From Lama glama (taxonomy: Eukaryota), in the NCBI GenBank assembly GCA_028534125.1, contig CM052816.1, positions 52,144,001 through 52,208,000 on the forward strand: DNA of 64,000 nt, written 5' to 3'. Positions within the stretch are counted from its first letter, which is position 1; every line of letters begins with the position of its first letter. Below are positions 13,501 through 25,183 of this stretch, piece after piece. The notes under the pieces are model-generated. The model was not told the origin of the DNA. It worked only from the letters and a program-made list of their open reading frames with translations, and ran no database searches. Both the position numbers and the translations under genes were made by a program.

Positions 13501-13537
13501 TGACTATACTTCAATAAAAAATAAGAATAAAAAAAAA
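10520..13537 (+). mobile_element. ~3-kb 5'-truncated L1 (disrupted ORF2 RT/C domains plus 3'-UTR), nested in an older L1 ORF1 relic (~10000-10520 and ~13540-13900)
   Basis: ORF2 peptides ([27 protein letters not shown]), many frameshifts, AATAAA and A tail at ~13513-13537. Confidence 0.95.
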
Positions 13538-15546
13538 CCTACATCATGGCAAATCATCATAAATTTTAGAATACTGAGGACGAAGAGAAAATCTTGTATT
13601 TCCAAAAGGGAAGAAAAAAATGGGGAAAAAAGTCACAGAAAAAATCAGGAAGCAGTATGACTTCAGACTGTTTAACAATAGTAGAAACTATTGAAGAAGA
13701 CAATGAATACAAAATTTTGAAGGAAAATAATTTATAGCCTAGAATTTTATACCCAAGCTACCAATAAAATGTGAAAGTAGGAAAAAAAAAAAAAAGACAT
13801 TTCCAGACATCAATGTTTCAAAACATCTACATCCTTTCTTAGGATGCTTCCAGAGAATGAAGGAATAAACCAAGAGGAAGTCATGGAATACAGAAACAGA
13901 AGAGTCAATTCAACGGAAATAAACTGAATCTAAGAAAACAGCTATTCAATCATTACAGAGGGCAAAGAGTCCAGGATGAATCAGGTCAGATGGCTCAGGA
14001 AAATGAAATTAACAGACTATTTGATGAAAATAATATCATGAAGTGAGAGGACAACACAGGCTTGAGTGAGTAAGTCCACATAATAAATAGTGATATACAT
14101 AAAATGGGTGAGTGCTGACAACATGTTTAGAAAGACAATTATTAACTATAAGGAATGAAGTAAATTATGCAGAAAAATGTGAAGTTAGGTCCAACTGAAC
14201 AAAAGCTGAGTTCAAAGTCATATTATAAAGCACCTCTTCTCCAAAGAGGCCACTGTTTGCTGGGAAAGATACACATAGGAAGCTGCACTATTTGTATAAA
14301 TGCACAGCCTAGAAATAATTTATAGTCTAGAATCGGCCAAGAGTCAATTAATGATATATTGTAACAACAGTAAAGAGCTAAAAATAAACATTTTCAATAG
14401 AATTTTTGAATAATAATCTCTTATAATCACTGTAATTTGTTAGGCAAGAGAGGGATTAATTTTTCACATTCAGGGGTTTAATTTTTCATGCTCAGGTGTG
14501 ATGCAAAGTTTAAGTCAGCAACAGAAGCAATGTGAAAACCGGAAGTGCCTGCAATCAAGCCCTAAGTGCCCATAGCAGGGTGGCTCTCAAATTTCTTAAG
14601 TAAAGCAACTCAATGGAGCATCAAGAAAGCGGAGGATAAGGGTAAAGCAGTTGCTGCTGGAGTCACTCCTGTTCAGCCCCATTTCCAGCAGCAAGCTTCT
14701 CTGTGGAAGAGCTTTAGAACACATGCACAAGCGCAGGAGCAGGTCCTCACAGGGCTGGAAGAACCCCAGCCTAAGCCCCATTACTGAAAACATGGCTTTG
14801 GGCTTCTACTAGTCTCGCTAAGAGACTACTCTTGCTTACAAAACTCTAGAAACACTCTCCCTTCAACATTAATCAAGTGCTACAATCCTTTACATGTATT
14901 CACCAACCTCAGCAGTTATATATCATTTTCTTACAAAATAGTTATTGAGCAGTTAATACAGATTTCTATGACTAGCACTATTTCCTAAGATTTAAATTTG
15001 AAGTCTTACTATCAAAAGAAATGTTTATTTTATTTCAGAGTCAGCCTATTTGGTATCCTCTCTTATTATCATCATAAAAATACCTATTTGTCCCTGTTCC
15101 AGGGCACTTTCCACACAGCCAGATGGCCCAGGCTTACCACTTCCACTACATCCAAACAGTGTTTCTTACCATTTTGAGAAATTTCGCATAATTGGCACAG
15201 TCTGTACCCAGGATATCACTCACCATTTGGTGAATACAGCAGAAGCTTACTTAGAGTAATTTAATGATAAAGAATAGACATGTGTTTGATGTGTGTTCCA
15301 AGAGCCAGCTAAATAATCTGTAAAAATTTGGTTTAAAGCATTCAGACTTCCTGAAGTTGGTCTGTTACCAAATCATTTCTAATCTTCACTTTTCAACAAT
15401 CTTTAGGCACATTCTTGTGTAAACATTAAAACAGCAATAAGGAACAGCTTCTGAGTGAGTCATAAGCTCCTTTAGTAAAGTACAGCTTGAAACTAAAAGT
15501 CATTCCTGCTCTGCATATTGGTTACTTTCAAAATGAATTAGATTCT

Positions 15547-15967
15547 ATACCGTATATCTCACAGGTGGAATTTAAAACAAACAAAAAAACCTGAATTCAT
15601 AGATAACAGAGCATGGGTTAGTGGTTATGGCGGATGGGGAGTGTGGACAAAATGTGTGAAAGTGGTCAAAAGGTACAAACTTCCGTTGTAAAATAAATAA
15701 GTCCTAGAGGTGTAATGTACAGTATGGTGACCACAGTTACTAATACTGTATTATATATTTGAAAGTTGCTAAGAGAGTAGGTCTTGAAAGTGCTTATCAG
15801 GAGAAAACAAAAAAACTTTGTAACTATGCCTGGTGAAGGATGTTAACTAGACTTTAACTAGACTTATTGCAGTGATCATTTTGCCACATATACATAAATA
15901 AATCATGACATTGTATACCTGAAACTAAAGCTGTGTATCAATTATACCTCAATTTTTTTACAAAAAA
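15547..15967 (+). mobile_element. L1 3'-UTR insertion (L1MA-like)
   Basis: ggtacaaacttc...gaaagttgctaagagagtag motifs; TSD gaattagattct at 15535-15546 and 15968-15979. Confidence 0.85.
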
Positions 15968-17439
15968 GAATTAGATTCTGACATTTACCAGAGTTTTTAG
16001 ACTTTTATGAATACACAAACCTTATGAAGTGCAAATATCAAATTCTGGTTTACAGAGAAGCAGGAAGACATAACAGAAATCACAGTGGCATGGAATGATG
16101 ATGCCACCTTGACGTCTTGGGTACTCTGACTCAGCTCTTTTGATTAGCAATTGATAATTTTTTCAGCTTTGCTCCTATTTTCTTTTGAGAAAAACAAAAA
16201 TCTCTAACATCTGCCAGTGAATCCTTTCAAGTAGTGAAGGCAATGTGTTTGGCAATCTGTTGCTTGATGAAGGGAAATAAGCACTGATTGTCAGCCACTG
16301 GGACAAGGATACCAAATAATAAATGATATGACATCCACTCTGTAACCTCAAAAAAGTCAACTGCAAAACTTTCAGCTACCAGGACAGCCTCTGCTATTGC
16401 TACCAAAACAACAACACAGCGCACCAAGCAATGGTACAAGAGGCTCCACCAATCCCATAGCGAACTCACACATTTTTCCCCTAAGGATAATTATTTCCCC
16501 ATTTCAGCTTGTTCTTTCTCTTCAAATTTAGCCAAAGCATATGGAACAGTTACATAAGTTCCTCTTGGGCACTGCAAGTATTCTCAGAAGCAGTACTTAT
16601 TATTCTAGTAAACCTTTGTGGGGGGAAAAGTCCTAAAAAAAGTAAAGATATATGGGAAAAAAAAAAAGAAAAAGACTAATGTTGGATAGAGCTAATGTTT
16701 GTGCACATAAAAATTGTTCTACAGTAAAATTATTAAATTGGCAAGGATTCACACTTGGGCAAAAAAATAAAATTTGCTTATGTAGGGGATAACCAGGAAA
16801 AAAATGCAATGGTATTCAAAACTGTTACCATATAAAAACTGGTAGAGTCTAAAAATGTAAGCTACTAAAAACCAAATCAGAGACTCTGGTTTAAATATGA
16901 ATTCTGTCACTTACTAACAAGTTACTAACCCTCTTCTTAGCATCATCAATTTAGCCAACGCAATGCAAGTTGCTGTAGCATTATATACAGTAATAAACAT
17001 AATTTCCCGTAGGTAAGGAGATAAACCTTCTCAATCTCATTAAGTTTTGTTTTTACAAGGAAAAAGTGTCTCATGTATGTTAATGACTTCTACACTTGGT
17101 AAAATACTATAAAAAGTTTATTAACAATTATAAATATAACTAATTGATAACTTTTTAAAATCTTAGGCATATTTTTAAGATAAAGGAAATTATTTCTCTA
17201 AGTTTGGAAAAAACCTCGCTTGCTATGACTATGACTTAAAATGTAAAGCTTAAGTGACGAAACTCAAAATAATGTTTTTCACTTACTTTCAATATCCAAA
17301 CTTGTCTGCATATTAATACCACCACAAATATTTTACTAGCAGATTCTTCCTTTGGTTAAGTCAAACAAGAAGCTGTTCTACGGTCAAAAGAAATACAGCT
17401 TCTCTTTTTAAAAGTAGCTAATCTAGGAAAATTTCCTGG

Positions 17440-17581
17440 TTTTTATTTATTTATTTGTTTATTTAATTGGGGGAGTAATTAATTTTTTAAATTTAATTTA
17501 TTTTTTAATGGAGGCACTGGTGATTGAATTCAGGACCTTGTGCATGCTAGGCACGCATTCTCCACTAAGTTATACCCTCCC
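17440..17581 (-). mobile_element. vic-1-type SINE
   Basis: Reverse complement of SINE head; aaatttcct repeats on both sides. Confidence 0.85.
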
Positions 17582-17886
17582 TGCGACTAAATTTCCTATT
17601 TTGATGATGGTCCACAGTCTGAGGACAAACAGAAGAATGTTCTACATTGTAACAGAAGGGACCCATGTGTTGCTGTAGTTAACAGATGTGGGCAAACTTT
17701 ACTTTTTACAATGCAAAAATTGGAGTAACCTCAATTTGGGCAAATTTTCTAAGGATTCTCTCATGTTATCTGCAAGATTTTACAAAGTAAAATAATAAAG
17801 CCTTAAGGAGTTTCTCTTTAACATCTGATGTCCTCAAGGTGAAGAATATTATTGGTTTTAATAGATTTCATTTCTATCACACTTAC

Positions 17887-18019
17887 TCTTTTGTGATAAA
17901 TGCTACAGAGGCCTCGCTCTAAGTCGGGCAATTTACGTAGATAATTTTCTATGTGACCAAGCACACTGGATTCTGAATGGAGAACTTCAGATACAGCATC
18001 AAGTCGAGCATTTATTTCC
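17887..18019 (-). CDS. MSH3: MSH3 exon 13 (133 nt)
   Basis: ttctcacag|GGAAATA...CACAAAAGA|gtaagt; encodes [44 protein letters not shown] (inside ORF 17818..18042). Confidence 0.97.
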
Positions 18020-18221
18020 CTGTGAGAACAGAGTAATGGCAATTATCAGATACGTTAGGAACTCAGAATGCAGACATTTCCCACTCTAATGGCCAGCACT
18101 TGACAGCAGCCACTTAGAAATACACAAAGGAGACTCTTCCTCCTTATCTCTGGCCCTTCCCTGCCCCATATCATTTGAATTTAAGAGCAGGAACTATGCA
18201 AGGAAAGTCTTTGGCTATATG

Positions 18222-18650
18222 GGGCAGAGACTGGTTCCTTAAGTCTTTCTTTCCTCCAGGACAAACGCAGAAACTACATTTCCCAGTCTCCTCGGCAGTT
18301 AGGTATGGCTGTGTACCCAAGGTCTAGCCAATGAAATGTGGGTAGGAATGATTAAGCCACTTCTAACCCTGGCCCATAAAAACCTCCCATGAATCTTTCA
18401 CATTCACTCCCCACGCCGCCACATTCACTCTTTTCCCCTTTGTCAAGTGAATGGTGAGCCCAGGGCAATTCTGTGAGCCACCTGCTAATTCTGTCAGCCT
18501 GGGTCCATGAGCAGAGCAGAAAACCCTCCATTCCCACATTAGCTACCAAATGAACTTTACATTAGCAAAAAATTAACTTCAAATGTATTTAAACCACTGA
18601 GATTGAGGATTTATTGGCTACCATTGCTTGTATACCTGGCTAATATAGTA
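18222..18650. mobile_element. MaLR LTR (MLT1-like)
   Basis: aaactacatttcccagtctcc...ctagccaatgaaatgtgg...ccactgagattgaggatt motifs. Confidence 0.7.
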
Positions 18651-19489
18651 AGTCTACAGTGGGCAGCTGAATTTTCTACTCTGACAAATGACTGACCATC
18701 TCAGTCAAAAAAACAATCCATCCAGCTAACCAACTGCTCTGAGAGAAGGCCTGGTGGTGCTGGTTGAACTGATCAACTGTCTAACTGAAACGGGATTAGG
18801 CACATAGCCTGAGCCAAGGAAGTCCTAAGGATAAGACATCAGGAGACACGGGAGGCCAGTGCTGCAGGAGTTTATTAATGACTACACCCAAAGTGATGGG
18901 CTGCTGGGGAAGTAATGGTCAGACCCGACCAATGTAACATGGAAACCTGACTGACAATGTGCCCTAAATGAGCTGTGGCCCCTCCATCATGTATACATAT
19001 CAAATACACTAGGTATACACTGGCCATATGTGGTATTAAAGACTGCATTGTTAAGTTTGAGATGTCTGATATCCAGTGGATAATGGGACTTTGGTAAATT
19101 TTTTTTTTAATCAATGAACAAACACGCAAGCAAATCAAAGAATTAACTGACATTTGCGGAGAAATGAGGACATCAGCTACTGAATACCCTTTTGTCTATC
19201 AAAGTCCTATTGATACCACACACACTGATGTGAAGGTCTGATCTGATGATGAAACCTTACATCACAATCCTGCCTAGATGAGTGTTTTGCAATTAGTTGT
19301 GTGATTTTACCTTTGTTTTCCGTGTAACTATCCTGTAAGGTCATGACCATTCACAATACGGATACTAACTTCAGGTCTCATTTTTGCTCCATTTTCCTCT
19401 GGCTCATCCTCCATTATGCAGAACAGGCATTTGGTTTAACACAACAAAGTAGAACAAGCCAGAGCTTCGTAGACACACAAACTGGTTTC

Positions 19490-20235
19490 TCCATTCTCAG
19501 TGGGCGGCCTCTTAAATCTATTCACTTTCTTTCGATGTCTGCTGCCACTATACTAGTCTAAGTAAAAATCATTTCTCACAAGACTACTAAAACAGCCTCC
19601 TCACTTTCCTCCCCACATGCACTTCTGTCCCTTTTTCCCATCTATTCTCCAGACTGTAGCCTGAGAGGTCTTCCTAGAACCCAAATCTGTTCATGCCATA
19701 CCTCTACTTTAAGCTCATATCAATGACTTGGAATTAATCTTAGATTCAAATCCAGAATCCTTAACTGACTCATAAGACATTTGATCCCTGATCACCTCAC
19801 GAGTCTCACCTCAGATCACCTGTCACTTTATTAAATTCACTCTAAGTTGCAGTCAGACTGAACTCCTTCCAATACCTGGGTCACTCCAAGTTCTCTGACA
19901 TCAGGGTGTTCTCATTTGCTACTCACTCTGCCTTGAAGACTCTTGTCCCCTTTCTTACCATCTACCTGCTTCTACTCTGTTTGGCAAACTTCTACTCATC
20001 CTTCCTCTGAAAGGGCTTTCGAGACTTACTAGACTAGATTTAATCCTTTGACGTCCCTTTTCATATCCCTCTCTGTTTTCTTTCCTTGGTGGAACTCATA
20101 ACTGTATATTAGTTCTGCATTGTCTCTTCCACTAGACAGTAAGCTCAGTGAGAACAGGGAACAATTCTTCATTCTCATAGTTCTGGGATCATGATACATG
20201 CTCAATAACTAGTTGTTTAATTCAATTCAATTTAA
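19490..20235 (+). mobile_element. L2 LINE fragment, 3' end
   Basis: ccactagacagtaagctcagtgagaacaggga...catgctcaataactagttg. Confidence 0.7.
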
Positions 20236-20915
20236 TGCCAAAGGCTACATATAAAGTAAATCAAGATGAGGTGAAAATATAAAAAATTAAATTTTCTATG
20301 CGTAAGCTTGTTGTGATAAAATAAATCAATGTCTTATCCTAACGTTTACCCAAAATGCTACACAAATATAAAGTTTTACTTTAATAACTCACTTGTGCAT
20401 AAATGAAAGATGACACCAATGGAAATAGACTAAGCTGATGCTGCAGATGGTATGAGGACAGATAAAACAATGCCATCTGTGAATGTATAAGACAGCCAGA
20501 TAGCTACTCTCTCAAAAATTATAAAGGCCGTCTGAGACATGGAAAGATAAAAGCAAAAGAGGTAAATAAAAACCTAAATCATACTTATGAAGTATTCCGG
20601 AAGACTTTTTAAAAAATATTTTCTGGGAAAATATAAAGGTAGTGGCTTTTATTTTAGGCTCACGACAATTAGCACAGACAAAAGCACGTTCACTATGAGT
20701 CATTTTCATTTTAACCCAGTCTTCATTTTGTTGGGGAGGTTAACAGCTCAGAGGTTAAGAATTTGGACTGAGAAGGCAAATGACGTCAGTTCAAATCTAG
20801 GCTCTACCATTTCCCAGTTATTTAGCCTTGTCCTAGTTTCTTCATCTGTAAAATGGGAATAGTAAAGGTCCCTAATTCACACAGAATTGTTGCATTAATT
20901 CAATGAAACAATACA

Positions 20916-21042
20916 GGGGTGGGAGTATAGCTCAATGGTAGAGCATGTGCTCAGCATGTGCAAAGTCCTGGATTTAATTTCCAGAACCTCCATTAAAAAA
21001 AAAATTCCAATAAATCTTTAAAAAAAAAAAAAAGAAAGAAAG
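20916..21042 (+). mobile_element. vic-1-type SINE inserted in a MIR (~20745-21125)
   Basis: SINE head with A tail; MIR halves resume across an aataca repeat. Confidence 0.85.
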
Positions 21043-22376
21043 AACTAATACATACAAGCACTTAGCACAGTGCCTGGTACATGGTAACTACTCAATACTC
21101 TGTAGTTGTTGCCATCCTCATTATTATAGTAATCTTTATTTGGTTACAAAATCTGTTTGATAGGTACTACAAAGAACAGCACAGGGGAGAAATAGCACAC
21201 AAAATATAAGCTTTAGTTAGACAAGTTTTAAGGCATAGCTATGCAAAAAGGTATTTTGTGCAAAGTGAACAAGGAAGGATTATATTCGAAACCTAGTCCT
21301 GGGATCTCAAATGCTGAATATTACTGCTAGTGATGACCTGAAGTACTGTGCTGATTGTTAGCAGGGGAACTGAGAAGGAATGCCATAACCAATTACAGAT
21401 GTCTAACATGGTCAGGGAGAGGTGAGAAGGAGAGATGGTGTGTGACACTGTTTACCGCAAATGTCTCATCACTGGGGCAGCTAAAATTCCACTTTAATAT
21501 CCTACAAGCAGATCAGAATGCAAATGAATAAAAATGACTTCTAGTCAAGTTTTTTAAATAAAATAGCTTGCATACCTTAGAACTGTTCTTTAATTAGCAG
21601 GTGTAAGAAGACTTTCCAAATAACTGTAATAAAATAATAAGCCAGACCACCAGAAGAGAAAACAATTATTTTGGTAAAATCAATGAGAGAGATGTGGTGA
21701 TTGTGACAGTCAACAAAACCGGAAGTAGCACTGTTAATTAAATGATGCTAAAGATATTATTCCCAGATGCCCTACAGTATTCTACAATTGATCTTACCAC
21801 ATGACACCTTCTAAACAAATGAAAAGAGGACACCTGAGTCATTCGTTTCATTCCATATGACAAAACACAATGGATCTGTGGTCCTAGAGATGATGAAGAT
21901 TCTTTACTACCACCAAAGATCCAACGACTAAATGTGGGTGTCAACAGGAGTCCTTCACAGTTGAAGGTGAACTGAGTGATGACGTTAGTATCTGTTGCGT
22001 GTGGCTGCCACTCAGAAACACAGTGTGTGACCCATAGCTACTGCTATTGTAAGGACATGTGTTGAGTCTACCTACTAGTTGCTATTTGTGGAGATGCCAC
22101 TATAATTCTAACACAAGGTTATTTGGGGAAGGAAAGATGAAATACTGGGGAGAGGTTGGTTTTTTGTTGTTTGTTCTGATTTTTTACTGAAAAGTTTGCT
22201 CTAAAGACAGATGACATAAAATGAGTAAATTAAATTCAGACATTAACACATTAGTAACGAGATATGGCTAAACCACCTACCTAAACAGCTTTCTGGTAGA
22301 AACATGAATCACAGGCCTTCTCCTAGGGCCTAACCATCATTACTTGAATCTACCTAGCTATGCCTTTCACATACAC

Positions 22377-24720
22377 CATTATTCATTCATTCGATGAACA
22401 ATTACTGAGAGCTTATCAAGTACAATAGCAGAAATAAAAGATGGAAGGTGAAAGTGTGATAGTAGGAGCTAGAAAGGGAAGCAGGGACCAGGTCATGAGA
22501 GTAATGCAGACCACATAGGATCCAGACCTTATCCTGAATTCAAGAGGAACCAATGGCTAATGTTGGAAAAGACAAGAACAGTGACAAAAAGACTGGTTAG
22601 AAGACTGAGTAATCCAAGGGAGTGACCTTGATGATCTAAACTCAGTTGGAGGATATAGTCATGGAAAGAGCACATAGTTTGAAGAGATGTTAGAGAGGTA
22701 AAATTAATAGGAGTTGTGACTGATTAGATACGGAGGCAAGAATATATAAAGGAGAAAAGACAGTCTCTTATTCAATAAGTGATGCTGGGAAAACTGGACA
22801 GCTACATTTAAAAGAATGATACTAGAACATTCCTTCACATCACATACAAAAATAAATTCAAAATGGATTAGAGACTTGTATAAAGACCTGAGACCATAAA
22901 ACTAGAAGACAGCATAGGCAGAACACTCTGCAACATAAATTGTAGCAGAATTTATTTTTAGATCTCCTAAGGGAAAATAAATAAAAGTAAAGATAAACAA
23001 ATAGGGCCTAATTAAACTTAAAAGCTTTTGCACAGCAAAGAAAACCATCAACAAAATGAAAAGACAACCTACTAAATGGGAGAAAATATTTGCAAATGAT
23101 ATGACCAATAAGGAGTTACTATCCAAAATATAAAAACAGCTCTTATCAAAATATCAAAAAAACAACAACAACTATCAACCAGATTAAAAAATGGCTAGAA
23201 GACCTAAATAGACATTTTCCCAAAGGATATACAGATGGCCAACAGGCACAAGAAAAAATGCTCAACATCGCTAATTACCAGAGAAATGCAAATCAAAAAC
23301 ACAGTGAGGTATCACCTCACCTGTCAGAATGGCTACCATCAAAAGTCTACAAATAACAGATGTTGGAGAGGATGTGGAAAAAAGGGAACCCTCGTACACT
23401 GTTGGTAAAATTGTAAACTGGTGCAGTAACTATGGAAAATAGTATGGAGGTTCCTCAAAAAAACTAAAAATGAACTACTATGTGATCCAGCAATTCCACT
23501 GTTGGGCATATATCCAAAGAAAATAAAAACACAAATTCAAAAAGACACATGCACCCCAATGTTCACAGAAACATTATTTATGATAGGCAAGAGATGGAAG
23601 CAACCTAAGTGGCCATCAACAGATGAGTGGATAAAGACAATGTGGTGTATATATACACAATGGAACATTATTCAGCCATAAAAAAGAATGAAATTCTGCC
23701 ATTTGCAAGAATGATAAACAAATATCAATCATAGTAAGTTTTATAAAATATCTAAAAATGATACAAAGAGCAATTTAGATTAGGAGATCAAAAAAAGCCT
23801 CTCTGAAGAAGTAACACTTCATAATAAGACCTCAAGGTAAGGAATTAGCCACATAAAAATTGAAGAGAAAAGAAAGAACATTCTAGATAGAGAGATGACC
23901 AAATAAAGAGACCACAGATGAGAAAAAGCTTTGGGATGCACAGAAACCAAAGGAGGCAAGAGTGACAACAAACACATGAATGAAAAGGGGAATCAGACAG
24001 AAGAGTCATGCTCAAGAATTTTAATTTTATTTGAAGCATGATGGAAAGCCAATAAAGAATTTAAGGCAGGGGAGTGACACAATTCAGTCTTTATGTTCAA
24101 ACAAGAGATCAGTCAGGAGGACAGTGCAGCAGTCAAGTGGGAATTGATGGCAGTTTAGATCAGGGTGACGGCAGTCAAGATGGCAAGACATGCAAGGACT
24201 CTGGATTTATTTTAGAGGTAAAGGCAACAGGACTCAGTATTAGATTGGATGTGGTTGTCAAAAGGAAATGTCCAGAATAACTCCCAGGTTTCTGGCCCAA
24301 GCAACCCATTAGATGGAGGGGCTGGATCCTAGAACAGGGAAATCAGGAGGAGGAACAGGGATGAACATGTTAAGTTTGAGATGTCTGTGATACACCTATG
24401 TGTTTAGGAATCCAAGTTGACCATACAAGTCTGGAGAACAGAAGAGAGTAAGGGCCAGAGACACAAATTTGGGATTGTTTACATTTTGCTGTTCATGGTA
24501 ACGGGAGTAGATCAGTTAGTTCATAGGGGTAGAGGAGAGGGTAGGAGAGAGTGAAAAGGTAAGAGGAAGAGAGAGGAGGCTAAGGGAGCTGAGCTCTTAA
24601 GGTTCAGGCCTCAGGAACCCCATCATTTAAAGGATACAGAAAAGATGAAGAGCGAACAAAGGAAACTGTGCTGCAGCAGCCAGCAAACTAAGAGGGAAAC
24701 TAAAATGAGTAGAAGTTACC
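22377..24720 (-). mobile_element. L2 relics (about 22377-22730 and 23770-24720) flanking an L1 fragment
   Basis: attcattcattc L2 terminus; typical purine-rich L2 motifs (catgttaagtttgagatgtct). Confidence 0.65.
22731..23767 (+). mobile_element. L1 ORF2 3' fragment without poly-A
   Basis: Collinear with ~12150-13210 of the large L1. Confidence 0.9.
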
Positions 24721-25102
24721 ATTTTAGAAAAAGGAACAGGCTGTACAAAAGTCCAGAAATAAATTACACCTCAGTGTGTTGTGAGAACTGTAAACAGTAG
24801 AGAGCAAAACATAATCAGATACACACTTAAAAAAAAAATCTTTGGGTAATGCAGATAGAAACAAAGAAGGGCAAGACCAGAGGCCTGGAGATGCTTAGTT
24901 TCTTCAACAAACAAAAAGCCTTTCATGAAGACTTTCATCTGACTGCCTTTTATAAAAAGTGATTTTACAAAAAGGCAAGATGATGTAACACTAGCCCTTG
25001 CCAAAGATCCAATGTTTTCATCATTGATCAAACAGTTCCTCCACTAGAAGGGGAAGAACTGATTTCTCAGATTCCCTTTGTGGTTAATAATCTGCTGTTC
25101 TC

Positions 25103-25148
25103 CACGTGTATATGCATACACATGCACATGCATGTATGTACGTACGTA

Positions 25149-25180
<32 letters not shown>
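25103..25180. repeat. Alternating purine-pyrimidine tract ending in (CA)n
   Basis: cacgtgtatatgcatacacatg...cgtacgtacgta(ca)n. Confidence 0.95.

Positions 25181-25183
<3 letters not shown>

Noticed and set aside
14530..14870. Higher-GC stretch with ccggaagt (ETS-like) motif and short ORFs
   Set aside because: No recognisable homology, poly-A or TSD; a single short motif is not enough to call an enhancer or pseudogene.
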